Shown: positions 19,499-28,682 of the stretch, in pieces
Numbering within the stretch: position 1 is the stretch's first letter
Layout: every line of letters starts with the position of its first letter
Source of the DNA: Bacteroidales bacterium
GTDB lineage: Bacteria > Bacteroidota > Bacteroidia > Bacteroidales > UBA4417
NCBI GenBank assembly: GCA_038204995.1
Contig: JBBRCH010000018.1
Location: forward strand, 383-64,382
Length of the DNA stretch: 64,000 nucleotides
Direction: 5' to 3'
Notes under the pieces: generated by a model
Seen by the model: the letters and a program-made list of their open reading frames with translations, nothing else
What the model was told of the DNA's origin: nothing
The model's database searches: none
Position numbers and translations under genes: made by a program

Positions 19499-21397
19499 TT
19501 AATAACTTCCACTCATTTTATCACGTGTGTTTTGAAGGGCGGTATCCGTACCGAACACCTGCAGTGTATCACCTCTGCGAAAATAGGTTTCTCCGTGCGG
19601 GATGAAAAAAGAATTCCCCCTTTTTACCATCATCAGTATGGCATCTTTATGGAAAGGAATTTCTTTAACCTGCGTTCCGTCAATAGCCTTGCTGGTAATA
19701 AGTATTTCTTCCACACTAAAGTTTTCAAACGATTCGATCAATGTATGATACGTTGTGGGCCTTAAAATCAGGTTTTCGATTGTCGTAGCCTGTATGCCGA
19801 TTACATCAAGGGTTTTTACTCCCAGGGTTTTCAGTCTGTTTTCCTGAAATGATTTACCCGAACGCGATATGATATTGTCATGCATCAACACATTGCGAAG
19901 TAGTTTGCAGATTTCATGGTTCTTATCCGGTGATCCGGTTTCAACAACCACAAAGTCGGAGGGATTTAATATTATTTCTTTATACAAAGCGATGTCGCAA
20001 CCGTCGCCTTTAATGCAGGTAAACCCTTTTCCTGCTATTTCCTTAACCCTTACAGGGTCATTATCGATGATGATTATTTTTTTACCGTGCATAGTCAGGC
20101 GCCTGGCTAATAACACAGCTGTGCTGCTGCCTCCTATCATAATTGTTTTTTCTCCGGCCAGCACGTTTACCGGTGACATCCAGTTATAAATAACAGGAGA
20201 AACAAAACATGTGATAATTGCCATAATGATAAAGCTGGCATTCAGGCCTGGTGTAATAACACCCATTTCAAGTCCGATGGCAGATGCCGCTATGATCAGA
20301 CTTAATCTGGATGACATGAGAAAACCTCCGGCTATTGCTTTTTTCGTTCCGAATAATTGTCGCCAGAGCATAGCGGGGATAACCTTTACAGCTAAAAGAG
20401 CCACTAACAGCAATACCAGAAACCAGATTAACGATTGGTCAAATTCCTTCAATGCTGAAGGATCGAACTCAATGCCTACCATGATAAAAAAGATGGGTAT
20501 AAAAAACCCAAAACCCATGCCGTCGAGCTTAAGTAACATGACTGAACGATCGCGGTGCAACATGGTTGAAAGGACCAGGCCGATTAAAAATGAACCGAGT
20601 AAAACGGCTTCTTCGCCTATAAACTGAGCAATCACAACAAACAACATGATCAGCAAAATAGTTCCCCTGATGCGGATTTGTGATGATGCATGCGATAGCT
20701 GGAATGCCTGTTTTTTAAAAAATGGAATATTCTTACCCTTGCTGCCAAGTAAATAAAAAACAATGAATATGGTGAATAAACCAATAATGTACAGTAACTC
20801 AGTCTGGAAGCCATTTTTAATAATGAAGGCGGTAAAAGTGAATAAAATAATGCTAAAGATATCAGCAACTGCAGCAGCAACGACAATCATCTGCCCGTAA
20901 CGATTTTTAATTTCTCCTCTGTCTTTCAGAACAGGCAGCACAATGCCCACCGAGGTTGTTACCATGATCAATGAAAAATACCAGATGTTGGGGATATTAA
21001 TTAGTTTTGATAGCAAAAGTGTGCTTATATAAGCAAGCATTATCGATAATGAAAAATAAACTATACCCACCAACAAGGGATTTTTGATAAACCTCATATA
21101 GGTAAGTTTTTTTCTGGGCAGCGAGGAAAGTATTTGATCTACATCAATTTCGAGCCCGCTCAGGAACATCAGGAATATAAACCCGGTAAGCGCGAAGAAT
21201 TCCAGAATTCTGAAACTTTCATGATCAATAGTTCCAAGTAAATATTTTCCAATAAAAAACCCAAGCATAATTTCAACAATTACCGAAGGTATCTTATTTA
21301 ATTTTAATACAGATAAGATGATGGGAGTCCCCCATGCTATCGCAGCAACCACCAGCAAAGGGAAATAATCAAAATGAAAAGAGATATTTAAAAGCAT
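19499..21397 (-). CDS. CPA2-type monovalent cation:proton antiporter with RCK (TrkA-N/TrkA-C) domains
   Basis: 632 aa. About 12 TM helices of the Na+/H+ exchanger type are followed by a Rossmann-like IMIGGSSTAVLLARRL and a TrkA-C-like tail. Confidence 0.87.
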   Translation of the reverse strand: MLLNISFHFDYFPLLVVAAIAWGTPIILSVLKLNKIPSVIVEIMLGFFIGKYLLGTIDHESFRILEFFALTGFIFLMFLSGLEIDVDQILSSLPRKKLTYMRFIKNPLLVGIVYFSLSIMLAYISTLLLSKLINIPNIWYFSLIMVTTSVGIVLPVLKDRGEIKNRYGQMIVVAAAVADIFSIILFTFTAFIIKNGFQTELLYIIGLFTIFIVFYLLGSKGKNIPFFKKQAFQLSHASSQIRIRGTILLIMLFVVIAQFIGEEAVLLGSFLIGLVLSTMLHRDRSVMLLKLDGMGFGFFIPIFFIMVGIEFDPSALKEFDQSLIWFLVLLLVALLAVKVIPAMLWRQLFGTKKAIAGGFLMSSRLSLIIAASAIGLEMGVITPGLNASFIIMAIITCFVSPVIYNWMSPVNVLAGEKTIMIGGSSTAVLLARRLTMHGKKIIIIDNDPVRVKEIAGKGFTCIKGDGCDIALYKEIILNPSDFVVVETGSPDKNHEICKLLRNVLMHDNIISRSGKSFQENRLKTLGVKTLDVIGIQATTIENLILRPTTYHTLIESFENFSVEEILITSKAIDGTQVKEIPFHKDAILMMVKRGNSFFIPHGETYFRRGDTLQVFGTDTALQNTRDKMSGSY

Positions 21398-21798
21398 TGA
21401 TTTATTTTCTTATTCAACCAAACAGGACCACAAGATAAATAATAAAATCGTTAGAGCCGGTATTTTACTTTTATACCCTCGATAATTCATCACTAAAAGG
21501 CACAGAGACGGAAAGTTTTGAATGTACTCACTTTGATGCATGGAAAACATTCTTTTGAGATTTTCCGTGTTTCCGGAAATTTTCTTTCAAATACTTTTTC
21601 TCAGGAACCCGGCGGCTTAGCGGGATGTTTAGTAAAATAATGGTTTTGTTCTTTGATGGGACTTAAAGAAAAACATACTCCTGGCGAAACAGCTCAATAC
21701 TGGATAACCAACTGATTCAAAATTAATTTTGCCAACATCATATTATTATTTTCCCGGATTGAATGTATGTGAATGGATGATTTCAAACCGGCTAATCC

Positions 21799-22677
21799 TT
21801 ATTTCAGGCCTTTACGCATCATCAGTATCACACCGGCCATGGATACCAGACCGCCGAAAATCTGTATGGGAGCAGGAAGGTTGCCGAAAATCAGAAAGGC
21901 ACCGACCAGCACAAACAAACCTGTGGTGCTTTGCACTATAGCTGTTCTGGAAGCTGCAATATAGCGAAGGGCTGAGTATTGAAAAATGGAGGTCAGAAAA
22001 GGACCTACAAAGGAACCAGCCAATATATTGATGAACGCATGGCCGGGAATTTTAAACAATTGTCGTTCGAAAATCATAAAGACAAGGGCAAACAAGAGCA
22101 GAAAAACTGCCCTGTTAATCGACAGCACTACCGGGCTGATATCACGGATATGTTTTTTTGCCAGAATGGTGCGTACCGCGTAAAAAGAAGTCGAGAGCAG
22201 CATAAATCCGGATGCCGGAGTAAAGAAACTATCAGCTGAAGTTATTCGTAAACTGATGATAAACGCTCCAAGGAGTGTAAGTAAGGCTCCTGCTAATGCA
22301 ACCTTTCCGTATCGCTCGCTCAGCAAGGCAAATCCAAGAACCGAGACAAAGAGATATTCAAGGTTACGCAGAAATGAGGGTATGGCCGGGTTAGGCGAAA
22401 CTTCAATGGCTGTATAAAAAGAAGTAGTAGCTACAATCTCAATTAGCCCGATATACAGTAAAGTCCTGTAATCACTTTGAGTGAATGACTTTATTGAAAA
22501 TCCACCCCTGGGATGTATCGCCATCAGGCTGTTCCAGAAAATGGCGGAAAGAAACCACCAGAACCCAAACTGAGGCAGGCTGATATCGTTAAGTGCTGCT
22601 TTACTGAACAGGTAAACCAGCGACCCGCAAAGTGTAGCGATAAAGGCATAGAGGTAACCCCGTCTTGTAGTTTTCAT
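21799..22677 (-). CDS. DMT superfamily transporter (two EamA domains)
   Basis: 292 aa, about 10 TM helices, in a duplicated EamA-like arrangement. Confidence 0.82.
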   Translation of the reverse strand: MKTTRRGYLYAFIATLCGSLVYLFSKAALNDISLPQFGFWWFLSAIFWNSLMAIHPRGGFSIKSFTQSDYRTLLYIGLIEIVATTSFYTAIEVSPNPAIPSFLRNLEYLFVSVLGFALLSERYGKVALAGALLTLLGAFIISLRITSADSFFTPASGFMLLSTSFYAVRTILAKKHIRDISPVVLSINRAVFLLLFALVFMIFERQLFKIPGHAFINILAGSFVGPFLTSIFQYSALRYIAASRTAIVQSTTGLFVLVGAFLIFGNLPAPIQIFGGLVSMAGVILMMRKGLK

Positions 22678-22830
22678 TTACAGGTTAAAAAACACAAAGT
22701 GCAAAGTTAACGATATGGAAGCAAGCTGTCCAATTAAGAATTAGCTGTAGGAAATTAATTTTCTGGAAAAAGGTTAAACCCTGCAATTTTATTGCAGAAA
22801 CTTTAGTTTCAATACATTTAAAATATGTAA

Positions 22831-23012
22831 AGACCGAAGACAGGAGACCGAAGTCAGAAGTATGTTTACAATAAATATAGTAATATTGCCCTGTCTTCTT
22901 TCTTCTTTCTTTAGTCTTTTATCTTTTGTCTCCTGTCTCCCGTCTCCTGTCTTCCGACTTCCGACTTTTATCTTTTATCTTTTTGTCTCCCGTCTCCTGT
23001 CTTCCGACTTCC
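22831..23012. repeat. Arrays with 7-nt periodicity in inverted arrangement (AGACAGG/AGACCGA arm versus YYGTCTY and CCGACTT units)
   Basis: The left arm reads agaccga agacagg agaccga agtcaga (22831-22860). The right arm, 22891-23012, parses into about 17 consecutive 7-mers (ctgtctt ctttctt ... ctgtctc ccgtctc ctgtctt ccgactt ccgactt ...). It contains a direct duplication of ttgtctcccgtctcctgtcttccgacttccg. Confidence 0.85.
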
Positions 23013-23199
23013 GGCCAACAAGTTTTTAGTTTATCGAATTTTATTCGGAATCTTCAAACCTATGTATTTTCAATGAATTGTGGTTTAGTTATGTTTTACT
23101 TTATTAGCTCAAAAGTTTGACTTTAAATTTGATATCAAAATTACAGCACTGGTTAGTATATGTCAATAGCACAAAGGCGTCAATTTGAATTATCCCTGC

Positions 23200-23970
23200 T
23201 TATTCAAAGGGATTATCCTCTGCTCTTGCTGATTCAATCCTATCCTTAAAATCATGATCAATCAGGTTTCTTAACCTGCCAACTCTGTCTGTAATTATTC
23301 CATCAACCCCCAGATTCACAAAATCGCGCATCACTTTTACTGAATTGGCGGTCCAGGTATATACAAGTTTTAACTCATTGGCTTGCTGCTTCAATTCGAT
23401 CGCTTCTTTGATATATCTCTTAAATTTCGCTGGTGATGCAAATGGCGAACTTGTTCCGTTGGCATAAGAGCAGGGCATGTTTTCCTTCCCGAAAAAGTCA
23501 ACTACGGAAGCAGGCGTATCGCCTTCGTCAACTCCCACAGCCTGGTTAGTTGTTAGATATGGTTTTGCAGTAGCAAGCAAAGGCTTTCCGGATGGATCGC
23601 CTACCGTGAGTAAAACCGGAACCGAAGTATAGGTTTGAAAGAAAAACTCGTTTAACTGGCTGAAAAATTCCTTCATATAGACTAATGAAAGGCTTTCCAT
23701 CTCCTTTGTATAGCTTGGCTTCAGGTCGAAAGCAATAAGGGCCAGATTCCGTTTTTCACGGTTAAGCGCTGCCGACAGCCCGATGAGATAATCTTTTAGT
23801 GTATGATTTTTAGGGTTTTCGGTAGCCAGATCATATACAAAAAACTTTTCATCGTAAACCGGTAAATACCTGATATCAGGTTCTATGGCATTGGCGCCGT
23901 CCTTCAGGCATTTCATAGCTGCCCTCACCGAGTTGGGATTGTGGCCGATTATATAGAATTTTCGTTTCAT
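23200..23970 (-). CDS. GDPD-like SMaseD/PLD-type phosphodiesterase homologue
   Basis: It has IIGHNPN, GANAIEPD, IAFDLKP, VDGIITD and a C-terminal AEDNPFE. These match the spider/Corynebacterium SMaseD/PLD landmarks (GHMVN, GANxIExD, LDLK, VDGIMTN, ATxxDNPW tail). I chose the start at ATG 23970. The ORF is open to 24048. No signal peptide is present. Confidence 0.7.
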   Translation of the reverse strand: MKRKFYIIGHNPNSVRAAMKCLKDGANAIEPDIRYLPVYDEKFFVYDLATENPKNHTLKDYLIGLSAALNREKRNLALIAFDLKPSYTKEMESLSLVYMKEFFSQLNEFFFQTYTSVPVLLTVGDPSGKPLLATAKPYLTTNQAVGVDEGDTPASVVDFFGKENMPCSYANGTSSPFASPAKFKRYIKEAIELKQQANELKLVYTWTANSVKVMRDFVNLGVDGIITDRVGRLRNLIDHDFKDRIESARAEDNPFE

Positions 23971-24117
23971 GACTCTGTTTTTTATTGTTATCAGAAATTT
24001 TAGAAATACATACCAGAAATGAGATTGACATGAGACACAAACAACCATTAAAACCTTCTAAAAGAGTTCTGTTTTCTACCCGTTTTCATGGTGTAAACAT
24101 CCTTTGGGAAAAGTGTA

Positions 24118-24774
24118 TTACTCTTCATCCTTCAGAAACATTTCGCCTTTTATAAGCCATGAAATTCCGAAAGCAAGCAGAGCCAGCCATTCAAACCAGA
24201 AAACAGGCTTATACTTTTGCAAATGGGTTTCCAGCCATTCGTTGTTGCTTAACAGGAATATTACGAGTATTGAAAATAGAATTACAATGCTACAAATTCT
24301 GTAAAACCTGTTTCTTGAAACCTTCTGAATGGTCTTATTTCCTTTGCTTTTAGTGAAAAGAAAAGCTGAAATATAGGCAAGAGTCAAAAAGAATAAAGCA
24401 GCCGATATGTAATGAATAGTTATCCTGGCGTTGCAATCGCTGAGATAAAGAATGGCACAATTGGTATCCGTGTTTTGCGAAGATGGGAAAAATGCCACTC
24501 CGAGGGCAAAAATACCTGCCAGATTTGTTGCAATGTTATCGTAGCTTTTAGCATATCCTTTATACGTGATCAGGAAAAGTGAAACTGCACACAGTATTCC
24601 GACGAAAACATCGCCCATAATGGTGAAATAGTAGTGACTTATGGAACTCTGAATTTGCTCACATCCGCCTATTGTAAAAGTGCCCAGAATCAAGATTGCG
24701 GGTAAGGAAATACCCAGGATGCCAATTGATTTCCGGATCGTCAGAAAGGAAATTAAATTTGGGTTATCATTCAT
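24118..24774 (-). CDS. Polytopic membrane protein, possibly DUF998-like
   Basis: 218 aa with about 6 TM helices and a SISHYYFT motif after TM1. The family assignment is from memory only. Confidence 0.55.
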   Translation of the reverse strand: MNDNPNLISFLTIRKSIGILGISLPAILILGTFTIGGCEQIQSSISHYYFTIMGDVFVGILCAVSLFLITYKGYAKSYDNIATNLAGIFALGVAFFPSSQNTDTNCAILYLSDCNARITIHYISAALFFLTLAYISAFLFTKSKGNKTIQKVSRNRFYRICSIVILFSILVIFLLSNNEWLETHLQKYKPVFWFEWLALLAFGISWLIKGEMFLKDEE

Positions 24775-24834
24775 CGCGTTGGTTCATTTTTAATTACTGT
24801 CTTAAAACAGTTTCTACCTCATAAGCCCTTCTGC

Positions 24835-25059
24835 TTAATAAAATACCTGCAATCCGGCTATTTCACTCATGCTTATAACATCCCTGCGATCTACCCAGTT
24901 CAGGTCGTTTATTTTGCGGAACGTATATGTGCGCCCGGTAATGGTTCCATTAACGAGTATAGGTGAATTACCGGTTAGCTTAACTTTTACCAGGCCGTTT
25001 TGTGGCTGTACCTGCCGTTGGGTTGTATATGCAGCGCGCTGCTGATTGCAATTACACAT
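24835..25059 (-). CDS. Small hypothetical protein (74 aa, starts MCNCNQQ)
   Basis: The ORF starts 3 nt after the stop of the upstream DUF1360-like gene, which suggests translational coupling. I recognised no family. Confidence 0.5.
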   Translation of the reverse strand: MCNCNQQRAAYTTQRQVQPQNGLVKVKLTGNSPILVNGTITGRTYTFRKINDLNWVDRRDVISMSEIAGLQVFY

Positions 25060-25062
25060 AGG

Positions 25063-25350
25063 TCAAATAAAATTTTTATTGGTTATTTTCTCAAGGAGAA
25101 TAGATGCCCCTGAATAGTAAAATGTCAGGATTATGATTTCCGCAAGGTTTTCGCTTGCGTATAAAGCGATAAAAAAACCGATCCAGATACTAAGGCAATA
25201 AAAACAATCCATCAGTTTCCCAATAATTGAACTGCCCATCAGTTTCCGTATTTTTATAATCAGGTCGAAAGGCCCGTCTTCAGTGCTGATCAGGTGAGTG
25301 AGGCGCCACACAACGATTACCATTACAAAATACTTCAGGAGGCCGGTCAT
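25063..25350 (-). CDS. DUF1360-like small membrane protein
   Basis: 95 aa. It has WRLTHLISTEDGPFDLI, a CFYCLSIW motif and 3 hydrophobic helices, as I recall for DUF1360. Confidence 0.62.
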   Translation of the reverse strand: MTGLLKYFVMVIVVWRLTHLISTEDGPFDLIIKIRKLMGSSIIGKLMDCFYCLSIWIGFFIALYASENLAEIIILTFYYSGASILLEKITNKNFI

Positions 25351-25570
25351 GTGTGTAAGCGATAGAATAATTCTTGAAGTTAAGAGTATGTAGATACGAG
25401 TCAGAAACCGGCCGCCGGAAAATGAGTGTCGAAAATCATGAACTACAGAACAGTTTTGTAGCTTTTACAAGATAATTGATGATTTAAGCTGCACCATATT
25501 TCAGCAATTTTCTTTGGATAATCAGATTCATTCACTTCACTTCTGACTTCCGGTCCCCTGTCTCTTATAA

Positions 25571-25690
25571 CAATGTGAATTTTATAACAGGCCAATGGCC
25601 GTTTTAAAATTCTAAGTGGTATTTACCGATCAGAAATCCGTTTAGTCTACGATATTTATCGGGATGGACTATTATGAATTTCTGATCGGT
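25571..25690 (+). repeat. Dispersed palindromic element, copy A (full length, about 120 nt)
   Basis: By eye it aligns at roughly 85-90% with 57586-57707. It has a small hairpin ggcc-aat-ggcc followed by gtttt. It also has a long hairpin whose outer stem pairs accgatcagaaat with atttctgatcggt, plus inner pairings agtc/gact and cgat/atcg. Confidence 0.85.
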
Positions 25691-25713
25691 CTTACTACTC
25701 TTTATTATCAGGT

Positions 25714-27804
25714 TTACTTCAGGCACACATTGTACGAGGTAGGCGAATAGTGCCCAAGCGACTGGCTGTTGACAATGGTTTTGTCATAGGCATACAGTGA
25801 GAAACTGCCGCATGGATACGAAGCCGCGTTTGTAGGGATGCTGAAAGCTGTTCCTGGCGAAGCAGGCGTATTGATTATTCCTGTGGCATTGCCGCCGTAA
25901 GTGCTTCCAAATCCCCAGTACCAGATATTATTATCGTTCACATAGTAATGGCCGGTAATGGTATCGCCTTTTGCATAATGTGTGCAATCACCGTTGTCAT
26001 CGATCTGGAGTGTAACAACTGGCCAAACATTGTCCATCTGTATCAGTTTACTGAATGTGCCGATTACTCCTGAAATTTCAAGTTCAACCAGCAACTTATC
26101 ATTTGTTCCCGGCGTAAATCGCCCAAGCACATTCAGAGTATTCTGATTGAAATCCAGGTAATAATAATAGTGGTCAATCGGATCCGGATTTTGTGTTGTC
26201 CATGGTGCATAGGGTGGAACCGGCGACCAGCCGACAGTTGAGAGTGCGTTTGTAAGGTAATACGAAGTAGAATCGTTAAGGTTAGTAACCTTGATCCTGT
26301 ATTTATTACCTGGGAATGAGGGTCCGTTGATTACAATTTCACCACCAAAAGCAGCCCCGCTTGGCACTGGCAAAGCATTAAATGCAAATACCGAATTGAG
26401 TTTTGTCAGTCCTGTTACATCATCAACATGATCTACATCTATGCCGCCAATAATATTAAAGAGGGCAAACACATCACCCGGAAAAATTTCAACGCCCGGC
26501 TTTATCTGTATATGTGAATCAACCCTGTTTCCGTAGTATTCCAGTTTGTCAGGATCGGTTGTCGAAGGAGGGACATTCCACGAAAGTACGGCACGTACCC
26601 GGATTACATTAGCCATAGAGCAATGCAAACGGTGGTAGGTGGTATCAAGCGGCAGTGAAACACTGTAATATAATTCGTTTGCCGGCGAATTGATGTCGTG
26701 CACATTCAGCTCAACTGTGTTAAGGTATTCCCATGAGCAGTCATCGTCCCAGTCGATCCAGAACGAAATATATTCCTTACTTCCTGCTCCGCAAAGGTCG
26801 GATGAATAGCCTGCATTCTTTTTTACTTTTACTGTAGCAGCCAGGCATTCGGTATTGTAATCCAGTCCCAGGCATTCCAGCTCTTCGTAATCAATATTTG
26901 CTTTTGAGTTGTCAACCGGAATTACCTTAACTATTTCATTAATGATAAGGTCCGTATTAATTTTAAGCTCAGAAAGCATTGCTTTATTCATCAGAGTAAT
27001 TTCTGATGAAGGATATTTGATCATTTTCTGTACGGTTTTGAAAGCAAATCGTGAAGCAGGAACTTTCAGCTTTGTGTACATCTTCGCCATCTCGCTGAAT
27101 TTTGGCGGAAGCGGCTGAGGATTGAGTGATACCAGGTCAATGCCGGTGATGTAAGCAACCTGCTTTGATGAAAGGTTTGGCGATAAGGTTGCCAACTGAA
27201 AATAAGCTGACAGATCGATAGCTTCGGCAATTTTAAATTTCGACACAGGCTTCAATTGGATGTCAGCAGTCAGCATGTTCCCCCACACGGGATTCCAGGA
27301 TGGCGAATGGGCGGGCGGATCATTATTCCACGAAAGAATGGCACGTAAGGTAGGCAGCAGCGGGTTGTCACAATTCGACCATTTGACGGTTTTCTTTTTC
27401 AGTGTTGCAGCATATTTTATCGGGAAAACTGAATTGTTCCGGCAATCTTTCCCGGCAGGAATATCATGAACATTTAAGGCAACGCTTCCCTGGTCGATAA
27501 ATCCGGCACCATCGTGAAAGTCGAGATAAAACCTTATATATTCTAAGGAACCATTAGTGCATAACCCTCCTGAATACCCGGATGATTGATTGAGGGAGAA
27601 AACAGCTTCCATATCGGTTGTTTCGGTATTGTATCCGATGCATGTAAGCTGCTCATAGGTTACATTTCCAATGATTTTCTTAACTGGCTTAAGCCTGCTT
27701 CCTGTTATATTTCCGAAATAGTTCGGATTTTTTAGCAACATGCTGTTAAAATCTGTTCTCTCTTTTTTTATGGCCATAACTCTGGCTTTAGGATCTATTT
27801 GCAT
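25714..27804 (-). CDS. Hypothetical 696-aa protein with an internal ~130-aa domain duplication; no signal peptide
   Basis: This is a long uninterrupted ORF. Repeat 1 (aa ~50-186, YEQLTCIGYN...ILSWNNDPP...IQLKP) and repeat 2 (aa ~306-436, YEELECLGLD...VLSWNVPPS...IQIKP) are clearly homologous. I recognised no family. Confidence 0.75.
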   Translation of the reverse strand: MQIDPKARVMAIKKERTDFNSMLLKNPNYFGNITGSRLKPVKKIIGNVTYEQLTCIGYNTETTDMEAVFSLNQSSGYSGGLCTNGSLEYIRFYLDFHDGAGFIDQGSVALNVHDIPAGKDCRNNSVFPIKYAATLKKKTVKWSNCDNPLLPTLRAILSWNNDPPAHSPSWNPVWGNMLTADIQLKPVSKFKIAEAIDLSAYFQLATLSPNLSSKQVAYITGIDLVSLNPQPLPPKFSEMAKMYTKLKVPASRFAFKTVQKMIKYPSSEITLMNKAMLSELKINTDLIINEIVKVIPVDNSKANIDYEELECLGLDYNTECLAATVKVKKNAGYSSDLCGAGSKEYISFWIDWDDDCSWEYLNTVELNVHDINSPANELYYSVSLPLDTTYHRLHCSMANVIRVRAVLSWNVPPSTTDPDKLEYYGNRVDSHIQIKPGVEIFPGDVFALFNIIGGIDVDHVDDVTGLTKLNSVFAFNALPVPSGAAFGGEIVINGPSFPGNKYRIKVTNLNDSTSYYLTNALSTVGWSPVPPYAPWTTQNPDPIDHYYYYLDFNQNTLNVLGRFTPGTNDKLLVELEISGVIGTFSKLIQMDNVWPVVTLQIDDNGDCTHYAKGDTITGHYYVNDNNIWYWGFGSTYGGNATGIINTPASPGTAFSIPTNAASYPCGSFSLYAYDKTIVNSQSLGHYSPTSYNVCLK

Positions 27805-28682
27805 AGCATTTATTTTTAAGGCCTACTCTTTGAACGGATTTTCGGCAACTCCGGACAGCACATTAGGATTTGAAAATGTACCGAAAAGTGCATGGTTAGT
27901 TCATTTTTTTCATTCTAAAATGGAGAAAGCTTAAGTAAATTGATGTTGGTATGACATCCAAATCAGAATACCACCTGGCAAGAATAATCCGGGTCAAAAC
28001 TGAATCAGAGCAAGTAAGGCCAACATATCAGATTATTAACTTCTCAGCGATTTAAAATCTCGTTTTTTTTGCTGTGGCTTCCATTATTTTGGATCAGAAT
28101 AACACTTTTCATGATCTCAACGAAGTTGTGCAGATTCCCGAATTTTACCGGAGTGTGATTTATAATCCGGCTTATATCCTTTTATTCCCAGCTAAACATA
28201 GGCCGCAGTCAATACTCTGCAACAGGTAAAAAGCAAAATTCTATCATAATTTTCAGAAAAAATGAAAGTCTTCAGCATACTGTTTTATTTAATGGAGTCA
28301 GGCGATTGCATACCATTACCCGGACCATCGAAAGTGATCACTGTACAACTCATTATAAAATTACAAATACAATGGTCAGTTTACAATAGCACAAACGTGT
28401 CATTTTCCAGCATAAATTTTTTATTTTCTTTGAACTTTTTGCATGCCTGAATGTTTAATTATTACTCATATAACTCGGGATGTATTCCATATTTATTAAG
28501 TCAGTTTTTGACCTCGACTTATCCTTGTAAGCTGTATTGAGATTCATGTCGATGGATTACCTGTAAGTGAATCAATAAGCTGCATATTTGATAATAGTAA
28601 TATGTATTTTTCAGCATTCTTCTCTTAAAGGTTGTCTGCTTAAATTATTTGAAGTTTACCCACCTCTGTAATACTTTTTATT

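Noticed and set aside
19869-20627. 106-aa and 138-aa plus-strand ORFs inside the CPA2 antiporter gene
   Set aside because: They are antisense shadow ORFs of a hydrophobic-protein gene. The minus-strand product has the full family pattern.
28262-28450. 62-aa ORF in the LuxR/696-aa spacer
   Set aside because: The translation is AT-rich and low-complexity, with no start context or motif. I kept the region only as non-coding of interest.
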